From assembly GCA_963718665.1 (NCBI GenBank), contig OY970359.1, positions 224,001-288,000 on the forward strand: a stretch of 64,000 bases of DNA, read 5' to 3'. Source of the stretch: an uncultured Phycisphaerales bacterium (lineage in GTDB: Bacteria; Planctomycetota; Phycisphaerae; Sedimentisphaerales; Anaerobacaceae). The translations under genes and the position numbers were made by a program. The notes below the pieces were generated by a model. It ran no database searches and was not told where the DNA came from. It saw only the letters and a program-made list of their open reading frames with translations. Of the stretch, positions 62,616-64,000 are shown piece after piece. Each line of letters begins with the position of its first letter. The stretch's first letter is position 1.

Positions 62616-63503
62616 TTAAGCTCTGAATTTTCTGATTATCGCCGCACCAAGGCCGAGAAACAATAACGTGCATGGCTCGGGAATCTGAATTGCGATACAC
62701 GCCGGATAACTCAAACCCGAAGCGAAGAGAGACATGTTTCCACTCGAATCGAATTTTTCAATCGTCCCGCTGTACCAACCGGTTGCATAAAGATTACCAC
62801 TGCTGTCGAAGACAAGACCTATAGGATTGTTAAAGTGAGAAGCAAAGGTGGTTCCGTTTCCACTGGAATCGAATTTCTCAATCGTCCCACCGTAGAAACT
62901 GGCTGCATATAGATTACCGATGCTGTCGAAAGCAAGACCCATGGGGCAGTTCAAGCCCGAAGCAAAAATGGTTTCATTTCCGCTGGTATCAAATTTTTCA
63001 ATCGTCCCGCTGCTTTGATTGGCCGCGTAAAGGTAGCCGCTACTGTCAAACGCAAGACCAAAAGGGAGTTCTAAGCCCGTGGCGAAAATGGTTCCATTTC
63101 CACTGGTATCAAATTTTTCAATCGTCCCAGTGTTTTGACTGGCCACGTAGAGATAGCCGCTGCTATCGAAGACAAGACATGTAGGTTCTGTCAAGTCCGA
63201 TACGAAGATGGTTCCGTTTCCGCTCGAATCGAATTTCTCAACCGTCCCATTGTTAAAATTAGTTGTGTAGAGATCGCCGCTGCTGTCGAAGGCAAGCCCC
63301 GTAGGGCCGTGCAATCCAGATGCGAAGGTGGTTCTGGTTCCGCTCGAATCGAATTTATAAATATTACCGGGCCCATAGAAATAGAGGAATTCAGGGTTAT
63401 AGCTTGACACATAAATATTATCGGCGAACGCGAGGGTGCTTGGCAGCAGGACCAGCACGGTTACGGCCAATATCACTGTATTTATTTTTGGGTGCGTTTT
63501 CAT
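62616..63503 (-). CDS. NHL-type repeat beta-propeller PEP-CTERM protein
   Basis: Six 40-aa units (GTIEKFDSSG...FASGL..P.GLAFDSSG.LY), 120-bp DNA period, IPEPCTLLFLGLGAAIIRKFR tail. Confidence 0.88.
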   Translation of the reverse strand: MKTHPKINTVILAVTVLVLLPSTLAFADNIYVSSYNPEFLYFYGPGNIYKFDSSGTRTTFASGLHGPTGLAFDSSGDLYTTNFNNGTVEKFDSSGNGTIFVSDLTEPTCLVFDSSGYLYVASQNTGTIEKFDTSGNGTIFATGLELPFGLAFDSSGYLYAANQSSGTIEKFDTSGNETIFASGLNCPMGLAFDSIGNLYAASFYGGTIEKFDSSGNGTTFASHFNNPIGLVFDSSGNLYATGWYSGTIEKFDSSGNMSLFASGLSYPACIAIQIPEPCTLLFLGLGAAIIRKFRA

Positions 63504-63813
63504 TTGTCTCTCCTTCTTTCAAATAGTTTTTGTGAATAATGTGTTTAGGAACTCCCGGCCAATTTGACCGGCTATAAACTAAGTCCACCTCAAGCGAGAA
63601 TTGTTACACTTTTTTTAGAATTTCCCCGTCTTAAGCGGATTTCCAGGGAAATAGCCCATTTTCAGGAGAAAACGGGGTCAGCCCGACCTGAACGGAGTCG
63701 AAGGGGAGTCGCTTTTTTACTCTGCGGTCTTTGCGGTTACAGCAATTTTTAACGCCGCGGGTAATTCAACGTAACGGTATGGTATTTGTAATTCAGCGCA
63801 AAGGCGATGTGAT

Positions 63814-64000
63814 TTATGAGGGTGTTTTATCGGTATCATCCTTTTTGTGTATCGCTCCCCGCAGGCCTTCCATTTTCAAAAAACCCATCCACCAGACAAT
63901 AAGAAACGACACGAGGAAAATCACCGCACACACAACGAAGGCATATCTCGTTTGAATCATACTTGTTAGAATGCCTAAGAATGCATAAAGCCCGGCGAGC
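63814..64000 (-). CDS. 3' end of a membrane protein (5' part outside window)
   Basis: Open frame LAGLYAFLGILTSM...FVVCAVIFLVSFLIVWWMGFLKMEGLRGA...TPS* with two hydrophobic helices. Confidence 0.6.
   Translation of the reverse strand, partial: LAGLYAFLGILTSMIQTRYAFVVCAVIFLVSFLIVWWMGFLKMEGLRGAIHKKDDTDKTPS

Noticed and set aside
62700..63400. Regularly spaced repeats as a possible CRISPR array or DGR template
   Set aside because: The period is 120 bp, in frame within one ORF, with no unique spacers and no cas or reverse-transcriptase gene in the window.

Overview
Bacterial chromosomal window, most likely Planctomycetota (Phycisphaerae/Sedimentisphaerales-like). This is inferred from four PEP-CTERM proteins, a DUF1559-type prepilin protein, Cys-rich dockerin-like C-terminal tails and a murC-murB-ddl-ftsQ-like cluster with no ftsA/ftsZ. 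Housekeeping genes (ribD, ligA, gyrA, holA, tadA, ispD, murC, murB, ddl, four tRNAs) are interleaved with three accessory blocks. (1) A 12 kb signalling cluster (7.3-19.1 kb): receiver, TonB-dependent receptor, YfiR-like protein, three paralogous histidine kinases, four more stand-alone receivers, one receiver remnant and a hybrid kinase. (2) A 23 kb xylan-utilisation locus (24.8-47.8 kb): esterase, two GH43, GH10, GPH transporter, DUF1559-like protein, LamG protein, LacI, CBM-GH30, two PEP-CTERM proteins and a GH115-GH8 fusion, with a repeated LacI-type operator. (3) An HNH-AP2 endonuclease with a hairpin-rich leader beside an AT-rich ATPase + TPR gene pair (53.8-57.8 kb). Five genes carry small frameshifts, including tadA, which suggests consensus indel errors. 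Best leads: enrichment of D/E-x-N (and D-x-C) tripeptides in exported proteins, a circularly permuted LamG domain, the ATPase-TPR pair, the HNH-AP2 element and a recurring 25-bp recombinase-site-like palindrome at block boundaries. All calls come from reading the sequence by eye; no searches were run.
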